The position numbers and the translations under genes are program-made. Shown here piece after piece: positions 8,727 to 19,008 of a stretch of DNA of 64,000 bases. Source of the stretch: Thermoproteota archaeon (GTDB lineage: Archaea; Thermoproteota; Thermoprotei_A; Sulfolobales; Ignisphaeraceae); the NCBI GenBank assembly GCA_030550585.1, contig JAUQPB010000002.1, forward strand, positions 128,001 through 192,000. The letters run 5' to 3'. Within the stretch, counting starts at the first letter, position 1, and each line of letters opens with the position of its first letter. Under the pieces are notes generated by a model, which was not told where the DNA came from, ran no database searches, and saw only the letters and a program-made list of their open reading frames with translations.

Positions 8727-9665
8727 GTGGTTGATAGTATGAGTGTTGAGGTAAAATGGCCCAAATACGCGTGGATTAATGGAAAAATAGTTGAGTGGGA
8801 CAATGCAAAAATCCATGTATTTTCCCACGGACTTCACTATGGTACCGGAGTATTCGAAGGTATAAGAGGATATTATGACAATGGCTACATAAAGATCTTT
8901 AGACTAGAAGACCATATGAAAAGGCTATTCAAATCCGCTAAAATTATTCATATGCAGATACCATACAAACTAGATGATTTGATTAAGGCTGTAATAGATG
9001 TTGTAAAGGCAAATGGATTTACTAATGACATATACATAAGGCCAATAGCTTTTAGAGGTCTTGGAAGCTTTGGCTTAAGAGCTCAAAACCCTGTTGATGT
9101 TGCTATAATAGCCGTTGAATTTGGTAAATACTTGAAGAAGACAGGGGTTAGATGTACTATATCTAGCTGGAGAAAACCCGCGGCCGATTCATTCCCAATA
9201 TATGCGAAGGTAACTGGAATGTATCTACTTTATCATTTGGCATCCCTCGAAGCCTCTATGAATGGATATGACGAGGCAATCTTGCTGGATTCAGATGGTT
9301 TCGTTGCAGAAGGATCTGGAGAGAATATATTCATAGTTAAGGACAATACGTTGATAACACCGCCAACATATGATGCAATCCTAGAGGGAATAACGAGAGA
9401 CACGGTAATCAAACTAGCTAGAGAAGAGCTTGGCCTGGTAGTCATCGAAAGAAGAATTAGAAGAGAAGAACTCTATACAGCTGATGAAGCTTTCTTTACC
9501 GGTACAGCCGCAGAGATAACACCCATAATTGAAGTTGATGGCAGACCTATTGGAAATGGGCAGGTGGGCACCATAACTGAAAAGATTGTTAAACTCTATA
9601 ATGATGTTGTACTTGGAAAAATAGAGAAGTATAGAAAGTGGATTACAGAAGTGAAAATAATATAA
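8727..9665 (+). CDS. ilvE: Branched-chain amino acid aminotransferase
   Basis: HGLHYGTGVFEGIR, AEGSGENIF, LEGITR, FTGTAAEITP. Confidence 0.95.
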   Translation: MVDSMSVEVKWPKYAWINGKIVEWDNAKIHVFSHGLHYGTGVFEGIRGYYDNGYIKIFRLEDHMKRLFKSAKIIHMQIPYKLDDLIKAVIDVVKANGFTNDIYIRPIAFRGLGSFGLRAQNPVDVAIIAVEFGKYLKKTGVRCTISSWRKPAADSFPIYAKVTGMYLLYHLASLEASMNGYDEAILLDSDGFVAEGSGENIFIVKDNTLITPPTYDAILEGITRDTVIKLAREELGLVVIERRIRREELYTADEAFFTGTAAEITPIIEVDGRPIGNGQVGTITEKIVKLYNDVVLGKIEKYRKWITEVKII

Positions 9666-9667
9666 AA

Positions 9668-9717
9668 TCAGAATTCCGCCGTCTAATCATCGCCTCATCC
9701 CCAATAGGCATCATCAC
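9668..9717 (-). ncRNA. C/D box sRNA
   Basis: GTGATGA-TGCCTATTGGGG-ATGA-G-GCGATGA-TTAGACGGCGGAATT-CTGA. Confidence 0.8.
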
Positions 9718-9762
9718 TTTTTATCTGCTTTAAAAAATACAGCTACACAGGTTTCTATTTTT

Positions 9763-10632
9763 ATGCTATTCTACGCCTATAAATATATTGATGGCGTAGT
9801 TTTAACGAAGTGGGATTTAGACGACATACTTAAAAACATTAAAAATGGTATTAAAGAATTTGAAATTGTGACAGATCTCGGCACAAAAACGCGGGTCGTG
9901 AGGACAACAAATAGTTCTGTTATAATAGATGAAGCAGAAATTTCGTTTGATGAGCTAACATCTCTAGAATATGGATTTGTATACAAGTATTTGAACGGAA
10001 AGCTTTATAGAATTGATCTATATGATAGTGGAAACTACTATAAACTTAAACCATTATCAAATAAAGATCCTCCGACGCTAGAGATAAACGGTATTCAAAT
10101 GCATAGAACTGTAGATGTTAATCCATGGAAAGACACTATTTTGAAAGTGTCTTCGCTCGGCTCTTTAAGAGGTAAAAGAGTTCTAGATATATGTACTGGC
10201 CTTGGATACTCTAGTATTGTTGAGGTTTTGAGAGGAGCTAAAGAGGTTATAAGTATAGAGAAGGATCCAAATGTTCTATATATAGCATCATTGAATCCCT
10301 GGTCTAAAGGACTTGAAAACAATAGAATTAAGATAATATTGGAAGATGCTACTATAGCTATAAAGAATTTTTTAGATGAAGAATTTGATGCAATATTTCA
10401 TGATCCTCCAAGATATAGCATTTCTGGAGACCTATATAGTCTAGAATTTTACAAGGAACTGTATAGAGTTTTGAAGAGAGGGGGTATGCTATTTCACTAT
10501 ACCGGTGAGCCAGGAAAACATTCAAATATGGGTATTGTTAGAGGTATTAAGAGGAGGTTAGAGCAAGCTGGATTTGAATATGTTATTTGGGTAGATAAGG
10601 CAAAGGGCTTCAAAGCAATAAAACTACATTAG
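9763..10632 (+). CDS. Archaeal SAM-dependent methyltransferase (COG2521-like)
   Basis: PTLEINGIQMH, VLDICTGLGY, HDPPR motifs. Confidence 0.8.
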   Translation: MLFYAYKYIDGVVLTKWDLDDILKNIKNGIKEFEIVTDLGTKTRVVRTTNSSVIIDEAEISFDELTSLEYGFVYKYLNGKLYRIDLYDSGNYYKLKPLSNKDPPTLEINGIQMHRTVDVNPWKDTILKVSSLGSLRGKRVLDICTGLGYSSIVEVLRGAKEVISIEKDPNVLYIASLNPWSKGLENNRIKIILEDATIAIKNFLDEEFDAIFHDPPRYSISGDLYSLEFYKELYRVLKRGGMLFHYTGEPGKHSNMGIVRGIKRRLEQAGFEYVIWVDKAKGFKAIKLH

Positions 10633-10639
10633 GATTTAT

Positions 10640-12256
10640 CTATACAGTTACAGCTCTGAAATATGCATATTGTCTTGCTTTCTCATAGCACGACTGCAGG
10701 AGTTTGGCTAGGTTATCTTCTCTAAAACTTCTGTTGATCCAGTTGACACAGTTCAATCTAATATTAATATTAGCATTTCTTTTAACTACCTCACGAGCCC
10801 AGCCACTCCTCAATCTATCAAATTCGCCTCTGTTACCAGAGTCTATTGCTTCAGTAAATTTTGTTATATCATCTATAGCCTCTCCAAATGCATAAACATC
10901 ATCTGGTGCAATAACAGTACCTGTGCCATTGGTGTAATCCCACTTCAAATCTATGACCGTTTCAGGAAGACCCCCAATTCCTGAGACAACCACTGGTGTG
11001 CCAATGGCCTGGGCCTCTATAGAAACCATGCCAAAGGGCTCATATCTAGATGGAACGACAAATGCATTTGAGGCGAATATAACAGCCTTCAATATTTTAT
11101 GATCAACAGCCTGTGTAAAGAGTAAGACTCTTCCCCAACGTTCGCTAATGAGCGTGGATAGGTAGTGTTCATAGCCAGAATCTCCAATGGGTAGCCCAAA
11201 TATGATTGAGCACACATCTTTTGATGTATAGTCCAATGACTTTATAAGGGTGTCAAAGCCCTTTGCAGATGTCAGCCTACCTGCAGCGGTAATTATATAT
11301 TTGCATTTATCATTCAGATACCCTATTTTTGACACATTTAGATTGTTTATCCACCCCCTAATAATGACCTCTCTAGCACTTTTTCTATTACTTGTTCCAA
11401 AGAGGGCTAGACTATAATTAGCCGCTTCATCTTCTTTCCAATCGGTAACGTTGTGAATTACAAAAGATTTTTCCTCTAGCCAATTTCCAAATCTTGATAA
11501 TAGCTCTCTTAAATAACCCCAGCTGTTAGTAGCCATAACATCTGCTTCAATAGAGGTAAAAGCGTCGACATCGCCTCTTACACCATCCCATAGCATTCTT
11601 GTGCAGGTGAAGATATGTTTGTTTGGAATCCAAATTCTGTGGCATGCGTCTGGGATGCCACACCACTCACAAGATGCATAGTGCCATGGAAATGATTTTC
11701 CGGATAGCAAGTGAATTGAATATACAAAAGGAATTGCATATCCCCTCAACTCATACAATATTTTAGCCATCGCTCCTGCCAAGGCAGAGGCCCAGTCATT
11801 AGCATGTATGAGGTCGGGTACGTCATTTGTAATCTCTATCCAATGTTGCAACCCTCTTGCAAATAAACACGCTTTTTCCTCAGCATAAGCATATATATAC
11901 CAATTATCAAGGAATTTGCCAGTTGCTATATCAAGGCCTTTAAACATAACAACTTTAATGCCATTCACGTTAGCCTCCTCAGCACCAATACAATAGTTAT
12001 ATGTGTTTCCGTCAAGCCCTTTTCTAGATCTGCATACCTTAAACCATTCAATTGGTTTGATATTAAAAATTTGTCTGTGCATAGGCGAGAGATGTCTGCC
12101 GTGGGATGGCATGAAAACTGTTACATTGTAGCCAAGTCTTTTCAGAGTTTTTGCATATAGCGTTACAGCTCTTCCTAGACCTCCCAATGATGCCAGTTCG
12201 TCAAATTCGAATGTTAATAGCCATACATTATTAACTTTTGTAGGTGCAACAATCAC
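10640..12256 (-). CDS. glgA: Glycogen/starch synthase (GT-B fold)
   Basis: GGLG, IHANDW, GRLTSAKG, VPSRYEPFGMVSIEA. Confidence 0.8.
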   Translation of the reverse strand: MIVAPTKVNNVWLLTFEFDELASLGGLGRAVTLYAKTLKRLGYNVTVFMPSHGRHLSPMHRQIFNIKPIEWFKVCRSRKGLDGNTYNYCIGAEEANVNGIKVVMFKGLDIATGKFLDNWYIYAYAEEKACLFARGLQHWIEITNDVPDLIHANDWASALAGAMAKILYELRGYAIPFVYSIHLLSGKSFPWHYASCEWCGIPDACHRIWIPNKHIFTCTRMLWDGVRGDVDAFTSIEADVMATNSWGYLRELLSRFGNWLEEKSFVIHNVTDWKEDEAANYSLALFGTSNRKSAREVIIRGWINNLNVSKIGYLNDKCKYIITAAGRLTSAKGFDTLIKSLDYTSKDVCSIIFGLPIGDSGYEHYLSTLISERWGRVLLFTQAVDHKILKAVIFASNAFVVPSRYEPFGMVSIEAQAIGTPVVVSGIGGLPETVIDLKWDYTNGTGTVIAPDDVYAFGEAIDDITKFTEAIDSGNRGEFDRLRSGWAREVVKRNANINIRLNCVNWINRSFREDNLAKLLQSCYEKARQYAYFRAVTV

Positions 12257-12332
12257 GGAGGTTTCCTAGTAGTTTTAGTGTACTCTAAGATTATAAGTCT
12301 AGCTAAGTAAAACATTTATTTGAGGAGCATTT

Positions 12333-13520
12333 ATGGAATCGGGTTTCGCAGAACTCATTTTACATGATGGCAAGGTTCCTCCACATCTTCTATACTATAT
12401 GAAGAGATTATCTCATGCAATACTTAGCTACATATACGAGGTTTTTGGACCCGATGAAATTGTGAAGAGGGTATCAGATCCTTACTGGTTTCAAGCATTT
12501 AATAATGTAATTGGGATGGACTGGGATAGTAGCGGGTCTACGACAGTTGTTATCTATATGCTAAAGAATTTTGCAGATGCAAGTTCTTTTAAAGATATTG
12601 GAATAGCTGTGCTAGGGGGTAAAGGCATTGATGCTAGAAATAGTGTTAATGAAGTAAAGAAACTTGGTGATAGCATCGATCCTAGTTATATTGAAACCAT
12701 TAGTAGGCTGGGCGCTAAAATAGATGGTGTTGCACTACAAGATGGCTACGCACTCTACATACACAGCATTGTAGTGAGTGAAAATGGCCTTTGGACAATA
12801 ATTCAGCAAGGGATGAACACAAATGCAAAACTTGCCAGAAGATATCATATTCATGGAAATTCGATGATAAGAATTGATGGGGATCCGCATAGCGGCATAG
12901 CATGTGACAATATCGGTTTAGCGTTAAATCTAATTGATCGCGAAGCGGAGCAAAGCAGGAAAACAATACTAGAAATAATATCATCAACTCCATATAATAG
13001 TTTGTTAAAGGATATAGCATATGCAAATAGGGTAATCAGAGGCGATAAAGGTCTTGAGCAATGGCTTTCAGATAAAGTCCAACCCAACTGGAAAAGCACA
13101 CAAGGTGTAGAAATAAAGGAAATTAGGCATAGAATCTATAGGCCAGTATTAAACATGGCAAGAATAGAACATATATTAAAAAAACTATATGAGTTAAAGC
13201 CTCATACATTTGAGGAACTTCTTCTACTAAAAGGCGTAGGGCCGGAGACTATTAGAGCGCTGGCCCTAGTAGCTGATGTAATATATCATTCGAGGCCTTC
13301 ATTTAAAGATCCTGTAACACACCCTCTCAACCCATTCATATATTCGTATGCCCATGGAGGAAAAGATGGAGTTCCATACCCAGTTAGAATAGATTTAATG
13401 AAGCAAACCATAAACTTTCTTGAAGAAGCCATTCAAGAGTCGAAGCTAGACATTAATACAAAGAGAAGAGCATTAGAAAAATTGCATAAAATGTTTAGAG
13501 AAATAGCAAATAGTGAGTAA
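12333..13520 (+). CDS. DUF763 family protein
   Basis: GMDWDSSGSTT, IQQGMN, GVGPETIRALAL, AHGGKDGVPYPV. Confidence 0.85.
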   Translation: MESGFAELILHDGKVPPHLLYYMKRLSHAILSYIYEVFGPDEIVKRVSDPYWFQAFNNVIGMDWDSSGSTTVVIYMLKNFADASSFKDIGIAVLGGKGIDARNSVNEVKKLGDSIDPSYIETISRLGAKIDGVALQDGYALYIHSIVVSENGLWTIIQQGMNTNAKLARRYHIHGNSMIRIDGDPHSGIACDNIGLALNLIDREAEQSRKTILEIISSTPYNSLLKDIAYANRVIRGDKGLEQWLSDKVQPNWKSTQGVEIKEIRHRIYRPVLNMARIEHILKKLYELKPHTFEELLLLKGVGPETIRALALVADVIYHSRPSFKDPVTHPLNPFIYSYAHGGKDGVPYPVRIDLMKQTINFLEEAIQESKLDINTKRRALEKLHKMFREIANSE

Positions 13521-13649
13521 ATAGAATTCAGCAAACGCAAGGCAAATCATATTGCAATACTATATTATAGCATGCAAAGAGCTCTATGATACATTTGTTT
13601 TCATGTTTTTAAGCTTGTTTTCTTCTTATTTCTTTTTTCGGTGGTTTGA

Positions 13650-13835
13650 ATGGCCTGTACAAAGCCTGTTAAGGTTAAGCTGCCTGATGGTGGGGAGAAG
13701 GAGCTGGTTCCAAAGAAGGTTTGGAGCCTATCTCCAAAGGGTAGGAAAGGAGTTAAGATAGGGCTGTTCCAAGACCCGGCATCAGGAAAGTACTTCAGAG
13801 CTAAGGTACCAGACGACTACCCAGAATGCAGCTAA
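13650..13835 (+). CDS. cren7: Chromatin protein Cren7
   Basis: [29 protein letters not shown] signature. Confidence 0.95.
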   Translation: MACTKPVKVKLPDGGEKELVPKKVWSLSPKGRKGVKIGLFQDPASGKYFRAKVPDDYPECS

Positions 13836-13863
13836 AAATATCTTCTTACTCTAACATATAAAA

Positions 13864-14559
13864 ATGGGTTTATCAGCTGTGGAGTTACTTAATCTACATG
13901 ATATTTTGTATGATATTCAAAAGAATAAGAAATTAGTGATATATTCACCTTATAGCAATTTTAATGCAGTCTTATCATTATGGTTCTTTAAATTGCTTGT
14001 TGAGGAAGGTAGAAAGCCTTGTATTCATACTGATGATGTGCATATTGAGTATGTAGTGAATGATCTATGTAGAGAAAAATACCCTGAAATCCATATTTGT
14101 GTGAATGCATTGAAATCTCATGATTGTGTAATCAACATAACTAACAGTTTTTCGAAGTGTGCTGGAGACATTGATGTTAATAACTGTTGTGTAATATGTA
14201 TAGCTAATGATTGGAGACCTGTTTATAATCGTATGCATGGAACTATTTACCAAATTAAAAGAGTTGGTTCAAATCTGTACAGGGTACTGAGGGTGGAGAA
14301 TGGCAAGGCAAAAGGCTATGCGCTACTAAAAATGCAGGTGTGTGAGGTTTTTCAATACGAAATGCCTTCGGATCTTAGAATCATTTACGAGGAGCTGAGT
14401 GAGATTGTTAATGAATTTGGATCTATAAAGGCAACAGATTTTCTCAAGTATATAACTAGGAAAAGGAATATGGATAGAGAACATGCTTTAAATATGATAA
14501 GGCTGGCTATATCTATGGGCATTATAAAGTATTCCAATGGTCATCTAACGATTTATTGA
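13864..14559 (+). CDS. Hypothetical Cys-rich protein with probable C-terminal winged helix
   Basis: 231 aa ORF filling the gap between cren7 and glmS; C-terminus LAISMGIIKYSNGHL looks like a wHTH. Confidence 0.55.
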   Translation: MGLSAVELLNLHDILYDIQKNKKLVIYSPYSNFNAVLSLWFFKLLVEEGRKPCIHTDDVHIEYVVNDLCREKYPEIHICVNALKSHDCVINITNSFSKCAGDIDVNNCCVICIANDWRPVYNRMHGTIYQIKRVGSNLYRVLRVENGKAKGYALLKMQVCEVFQYEMPSDLRIIYEELSEIVNEFGSIKATDFLKYITRKRNMDREHALNMIRLAISMGIIKYSNGHLTIY

Positions 14560-14609
14560 AAATTTAAATACTGATTGTGTTACTCGAAAATATAATGAGG
14601 GTTAATCCA

Positions 14610-16430
14610 ATGGGTGGGGTATTTGCTGTTTTATCCTTGAAAAAACTTAATGTTGTAGATATTGTTGTTAAAGGTCTTAAGCTCCTCGAGTTCAGAGGCT
14701 TTAATGGAAGTGGTGTAGCAGTTCTAAATAATGATAATGTTGCTGTGTACAAAGATGCTCAAAAAATAGATAATGTTTATGAAAAATACAAGCTAGACAA
14801 GGTTTCTTCATGGATCGCATTGGGGCATACAAGGTATGCAACTCATGGTAAGCCACATATAGATAATACCCATCCCCATGTTGATTGTAGTAATAGAATA
14901 GCAGTCGCTGGGGATGGAGCTATAGCTAATTATGAATCCTTGAAAGATGAAACTATTATGAGAGGGCATAGAGTTGTTTCTAGATCTGACTTTGAGGTTA
15001 TAGCTCATATTATTGAGGATCAAGTAGGCAAAGGTCTTGATCTTTTGTCCTCATTTAGAGAGGTTTTAAAAGATTTGGATGGATTTTACAATATAGTTGC
15101 CTTGGATTCTAAATGCAAATGTTTAGCGGCTTATGTACATGGCCCCCCTCTTTATGTAGGTGTATCCAGCGAATATATAGCAATTTCGTCAGGTAAGGGA
15201 GCATTATATGGTGTTTCAGATAGGTATTTCAGACTTGAAGATGGCGAAATCTTAGCGGTCAGCGAGAATGGGCTTGTTGTTGAGAATTTGAAAGGAGATA
15301 GAGTTGCTAAGGAGCTTAAGCCTATAGATATAGATCCTAGGTACATCGATAAAGATGGATATCAGCACAACATGCTAAGAGAAATTTACGAGATACCAGA
15401 AGCTCTTTTACGAACACTGTACTCTGTACAGGAAAAGTACTTGTCCTTTGCAGCTAAACTCGTTAATGACGCAGAAAAAATTTTTATAATAGGCAATGGA
15501 ACAAGCCTCCACGCAGCTTATATAGGCTCCTACTACCTCTCAGAACTAGCTGGCATAACATCTATTGTTGTAAGTGCTGCTGAATTTCCTCTATATCATG
15601 TAGATAATGTCGGCCCTGGAACAGTAGTTATAGCAATTTCCCAATCTGGTGAAACAGGGGATGTGCTCTCATCTGTGTTTGAGGCCAAGCTAAGGGGGGC
15701 AACAATTCTTGGGCTCACAAACTATATTGGCTCTAGACTAGCTAACCTCTCAAACCTCTATCTTCCAATTGGCGCAGGCCCAGAAGTGGCTATACCAGCC
15801 ACAAAAACATTTACATCTACATTGCTGCTCCTCTATTTAATTGCTTTAAGAGCTGGAAGAAATAATGGTAAGATCAGTAGCGATGAATATAAGGCTAGAA
15901 TAGAAGAGATTAAGAGATTAAGCAAAGATCTCAAAAATAATATTCCACTAATTGAAGGTGTTGCTGAAGTCGCGGCTAAGAAAATAGCTGAGTGTAGAAG
16001 TGGATACATAATATCAAGAGGAATCACATATCCACTAGCTTTAGAGGCAGCGCTAAAAATAAAGGAAGTAGCATACATGCATGCTGAAGGTGTTGAAGCA
16101 GGCGAATTTAAACATGGTCCACAGACAATAATTGAGAAAGGAATTTTCACAACGTTTATAATGCCTGTCGAAAAACAGGCTTTGCAGGCAACATATGAAC
16201 TTATAGCAATGGCCCAAGAAAAAGGTTCTTCAACAATCATTGTAGGATTTGAGTCAGACATTAAAATTAATGAGGTATCTAATGCTATAAGAATATTGAT
16301 TCCATATACATCAAGGTATTTAGCGCCAATAGCATTGATTATCCCACTGCAGTTGACAGCCTATAAACTGGGGCTAATCTTAAACAGACCTATAGACAAT
16401 CCGAGATATTTAACAAAAACAGTACACTAA
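14610..16430 (+). CDS. glmS: GlmS-like glutamine--fructose-6-phosphate aminotransferase (N-terminal Cys absent)
   Basis: GHTRYATHG, HPH, SQSGET, ATKTF, LEAALKIKE, EFKHGP; probable start MGGVFAV at 14610. Confidence 0.8.
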   Translation: MGGVFAVLSLKKLNVVDIVVKGLKLLEFRGFNGSGVAVLNNDNVAVYKDAQKIDNVYEKYKLDKVSSWIALGHTRYATHGKPHIDNTHPHVDCSNRIAVAGDGAIANYESLKDETIMRGHRVVSRSDFEVIAHIIEDQVGKGLDLLSSFREVLKDLDGFYNIVALDSKCKCLAAYVHGPPLYVGVSSEYIAISSGKGALYGVSDRYFRLEDGEILAVSENGLVVENLKGDRVAKELKPIDIDPRYIDKDGYQHNMLREIYEIPEALLRTLYSVQEKYLSFAAKLVNDAEKIFIIGNGTSLHAAYIGSYYLSELAGITSIVVSAAEFPLYHVDNVGPGTVVIAISQSGETGDVLSSVFEAKLRGATILGLTNYIGSRLANLSNLYLPIGAGPEVAIPATKTFTSTLLLLYLIALRAGRNNGKISSDEYKARIEEIKRLSKDLKNNIPLIEGVAEVAAKKIAECRSGYIISRGITYPLALEAALKIKEVAYMHAEGVEAGEFKHGPQTIIEKGIFTTFIMPVEKQALQATYELIAMAQEKGSSTIIVGFESDIKINEVSNAIRILIPYTSRYLAPIALIIPLQLTAYKLGLILNRPIDNPRYLTKTVH

Positions 16431-16533
16431 CACCAGCATCCCTACAAACAAAGCTATGAAGCCGCAACTTTAAATGAATTTCTATTACAACTACACTATT
16501 TGGATTATCTGATATAGGCAATGGTGGCAAACA

Positions 16534-17007
16534 GTGGTTGTCCTATCACCAGAAACTATAATGATGCTATTTGGTCTTAAAGAAGAAGATGTAGATTGTA
16601 GTGGAATTAAACTACATCTAGATAAGGTTTTTGTCTTCAAAGGAAAGGCGTTGATAGCTAAAAATTCTAGAAAGCTTGCAGAAGTCGAAGAAGTTGAAGC
16701 AGATAACGACGTATATCATCTGATGCCTGGGGCATACAAAATCAGATATAGGGAAATTGTGAAAGTGCCAAATAATGCAATAGCTCTTGCAATACCAAGG
16801 TCTACCCTACTAAGAAATGGCGCAACAATATACACGGCTGTGTGGGATCCAGGATATGAAGGGAGAGGAGAAGGGCTTCTAACAGTATTCAACTTGAATG
16901 GGATAGACATAGAAAAAGGAGCTCAAATAGCTCAACTTGTTTTCATAAGACTTGATAGGGAAACGAAATTTGTCTATAGAGGAATCTATCAAAGAGAAAA
17001 CATATAG
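16534..17007 (+). CDS. dut: dUTPase (dCTP deaminase/dUTPase family)
   Basis: PRSTLLRNG, AVWDPGYEGRG, IAQLVF, YRGIYQ. Confidence 0.8.
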   Translation: MVVLSPETIMMLFGLKEEDVDCSGIKLHLDKVFVFKGKALIAKNSRKLAEVEEVEADNDVYHLMPGAYKIRYREIVKVPNNAIALAIPRSTLLRNGATIYTAVWDPGYEGRGEGLLTVFNLNGIDIEKGAQIAQLVFIRLDRETKFVYRGIYQRENI

Positions 17008-17036
17008 TTTTGTATCGCCATATCAATGTATTAAAA

Positions 17037-17396
17037 TCACTTCTTTGATTCTATGCCAAGCTCTTTTAGCACTTGCTCTAGTATCCTTGATCGCAACTCC
17101 TGATCATTAACATTATTCATTAGTTGAACGAGGCTCAAAGTCTTCAAGCTTCTTCTGGTAACAGAAGCTAGCCCATCTACAGAGTCTCTGAGCTCTCTTA
17201 TACTCTGAATCACATGAATAAGAAGCTCTTGTATATGAGCTAACTGATGTGAGATCATGCCAAGATCTGCTGCAGGAGTAGCTTCATGCTCATGTTCATG
17301 CTCTTCTTCAGCACCTTCGCTTTTCATTATCTCCTCACTAATTTTCTGAATGTCCTCCTCACTTTTTGGAATATTCATTCTGCTAAATTTAGACAT
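17037..17396 (-). CDS. Hypothetical coiled-coil protein with His/Glu tract
   Basis: 119 aa ORF with GAGG SD upstream; contains EEEHEHEHE. Confidence 0.65.
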   Translation of the reverse strand: MSKFSRMNIPKSEEDIQKISEEIMKSEGAEEEHEHEHEATPAADLGMISHQLAHIQELLIHVIQSIRELRDSVDGLASVTRRSLKTLSLVQLMNNVNDQELRSRILEQVLKELGIESKK

Positions 17397-17543
17397 TTCA
17401 ATAACCTCACATAAGCCTACAAGTGCTATAACTAGAAGGTTTTGGCTAAAGACACTTATAAATTTAATTAGACATTATGATATGCTAACTCACGTTCATG
17501 GCTTCAGAAGTTGATTTAAAGAGGAGATAGTATGTGAATTATT

Positions 17544-18914
17544 CTATAGCACCTCTAAAAGCGCGTAGAAAAATCCGTAGGTTCCATGTCTATGAGGCCA
17601 TGCTCTCATGGTTCCTGGAATGAATCCTTGGTCGAATGGGCCATTGAGAGAAACCAATCTTAGTCTACCGCGATATTTTGTAAGGATTTTTTGGATGACA
17701 TCTTCATTTTCTTCTCTAAAGAGCGAGCATGTTGTATAAAGTATTCGACCACCTTTCTTGGCAAGTTTTATAGCGGTCTCTAGTAGCTCAAATTGAAGCT
17801 GTGTTAACTCATCTATTTTCTCTTGCGTAATTCTCCACCTTAGTTCCTGATTCTTCATTATAGTTCCACTAGATGAACAAGGAGCATCAAGCAGCACCTT
17901 ATCTGCTATTTCCTCGCCTAGGATATCCGGCGCTTTCCTAGCATCTTCCTTAAATATCTTCACGATTTTAATCCCTGTTCTACTTAAGAGTTCTTTCATT
18001 CTTTTTATCCTCAATTCGTCTATGTCAAAAGCATATATGACCCCCTCGTTATTCATTAATTCTCCCATATGCTCTGTTTTACCTCCTGGTGCTGCACATA
18101 AATCAACAACAGTTTCACCAGGTTTTGGACCTAGTACTATTGAGGCCATTGCCGATGCCTCTTCCTGAATAACTATTTTTCCTTCCTTGAAGAGACTAGA
18201 ATTGTCGAAGTCATAGGGACCTTTAAACTTGAGAATTGTTGGAACATATTTACCCCTCTCTGGTTTAACACCATTTTTTCTAAGCTCTTCTTCAACCTCC
18301 TCTACAGAGCTTTTCAGAATATTTACTCTGATGCTTATGGGATACACCTTGTTGAATTCTTTGAGAATTTTCCTAGTCTCATCAACTCCTACAAGATTCA
18401 GTAGCTTATTTATTATCAGCTGTGAAACCATGTATCTATACTCCCATTTCTCACTAAGGGTTTTCGGAATCCATTTGTATGCAGCTATCTTATCTACAAC
18501 CTCCCAGAAATAGGCCCCAACATAGGGGTGGGTGTTATCAGAGAGGACTTTAGCTATTCTTCTCTTAAAATATTTTACAAAAAGATCTTTAGAATCTCTA
18601 TACCTAGCTTCCTTAATAAATCTCTCAAAAACTAGAATCTCTATTGCAACTCTCAATGCCGCTCTTAGCCACGGATCTAGGATAGCTATATTGGGAATGT
18701 TCGTTATCTCAGAAGCTATCCTATCTATTATCCCTATTCTCCTCCAAATATCATAATATATCGCCGTAAGTATTCTATCTTTATAGGTTCCACTAATTCC
18801 ATATTCCTTAAACACATCTCTTTTTGCTTGTTGGCTTGGCTTAATTTCTTCCCCGAGTTTAACTGCTTTAACGAGGGCTTCAATATCCTTCTCTGTGAGT
18901 ACGATGAAGCTCAT
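17544..18914 (-). CDS. RsmB/NOP2 (Fmu) RNA m5C methyltransferase
   Basis: DLCAAPGGKT, LLDAPCSSSG, YTTCSL, ENE. Confidence 0.9.
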   Translation of the reverse strand: MSFIVLTEKDIEALVKAVKLGEEIKPSQQAKRDVFKEYGISGTYKDRILTAIYYDIWRRIGIIDRIASEITNIPNIAILDPWLRAALRVAIEILVFERFIKEARYRDSKDLFVKYFKRRIAKVLSDNTHPYVGAYFWEVVDKIAAYKWIPKTLSEKWEYRYMVSQLIINKLLNLVGVDETRKILKEFNKVYPISIRVNILKSSVEEVEEELRKNGVKPERGKYVPTILKFKGPYDFDNSSLFKEGKIVIQEEASAMASIVLGPKPGETVVDLCAAPGGKTEHMGELMNNEGVIYAFDIDELRIKRMKELLSRTGIKIVKIFKEDARKAPDILGEEIADKVLLDAPCSSSGTIMKNQELRWRITQEKIDELTQLQFELLETAIKLAKKGGRILYTTCSLFREENEDVIQKILTKYRGRLRLVSLNGPFDQGFIPGTMRAWPHRHGTYGFFYALLEVL

Positions 18915-19008
18915 CTATTGGCCCCTTTATTATATTTTTTGACAGAATTTGGTTACTGGTTATGAAGATTCAAATACCCCTATGCAAATTGTTAGCATTG
19001 TGTATTAA

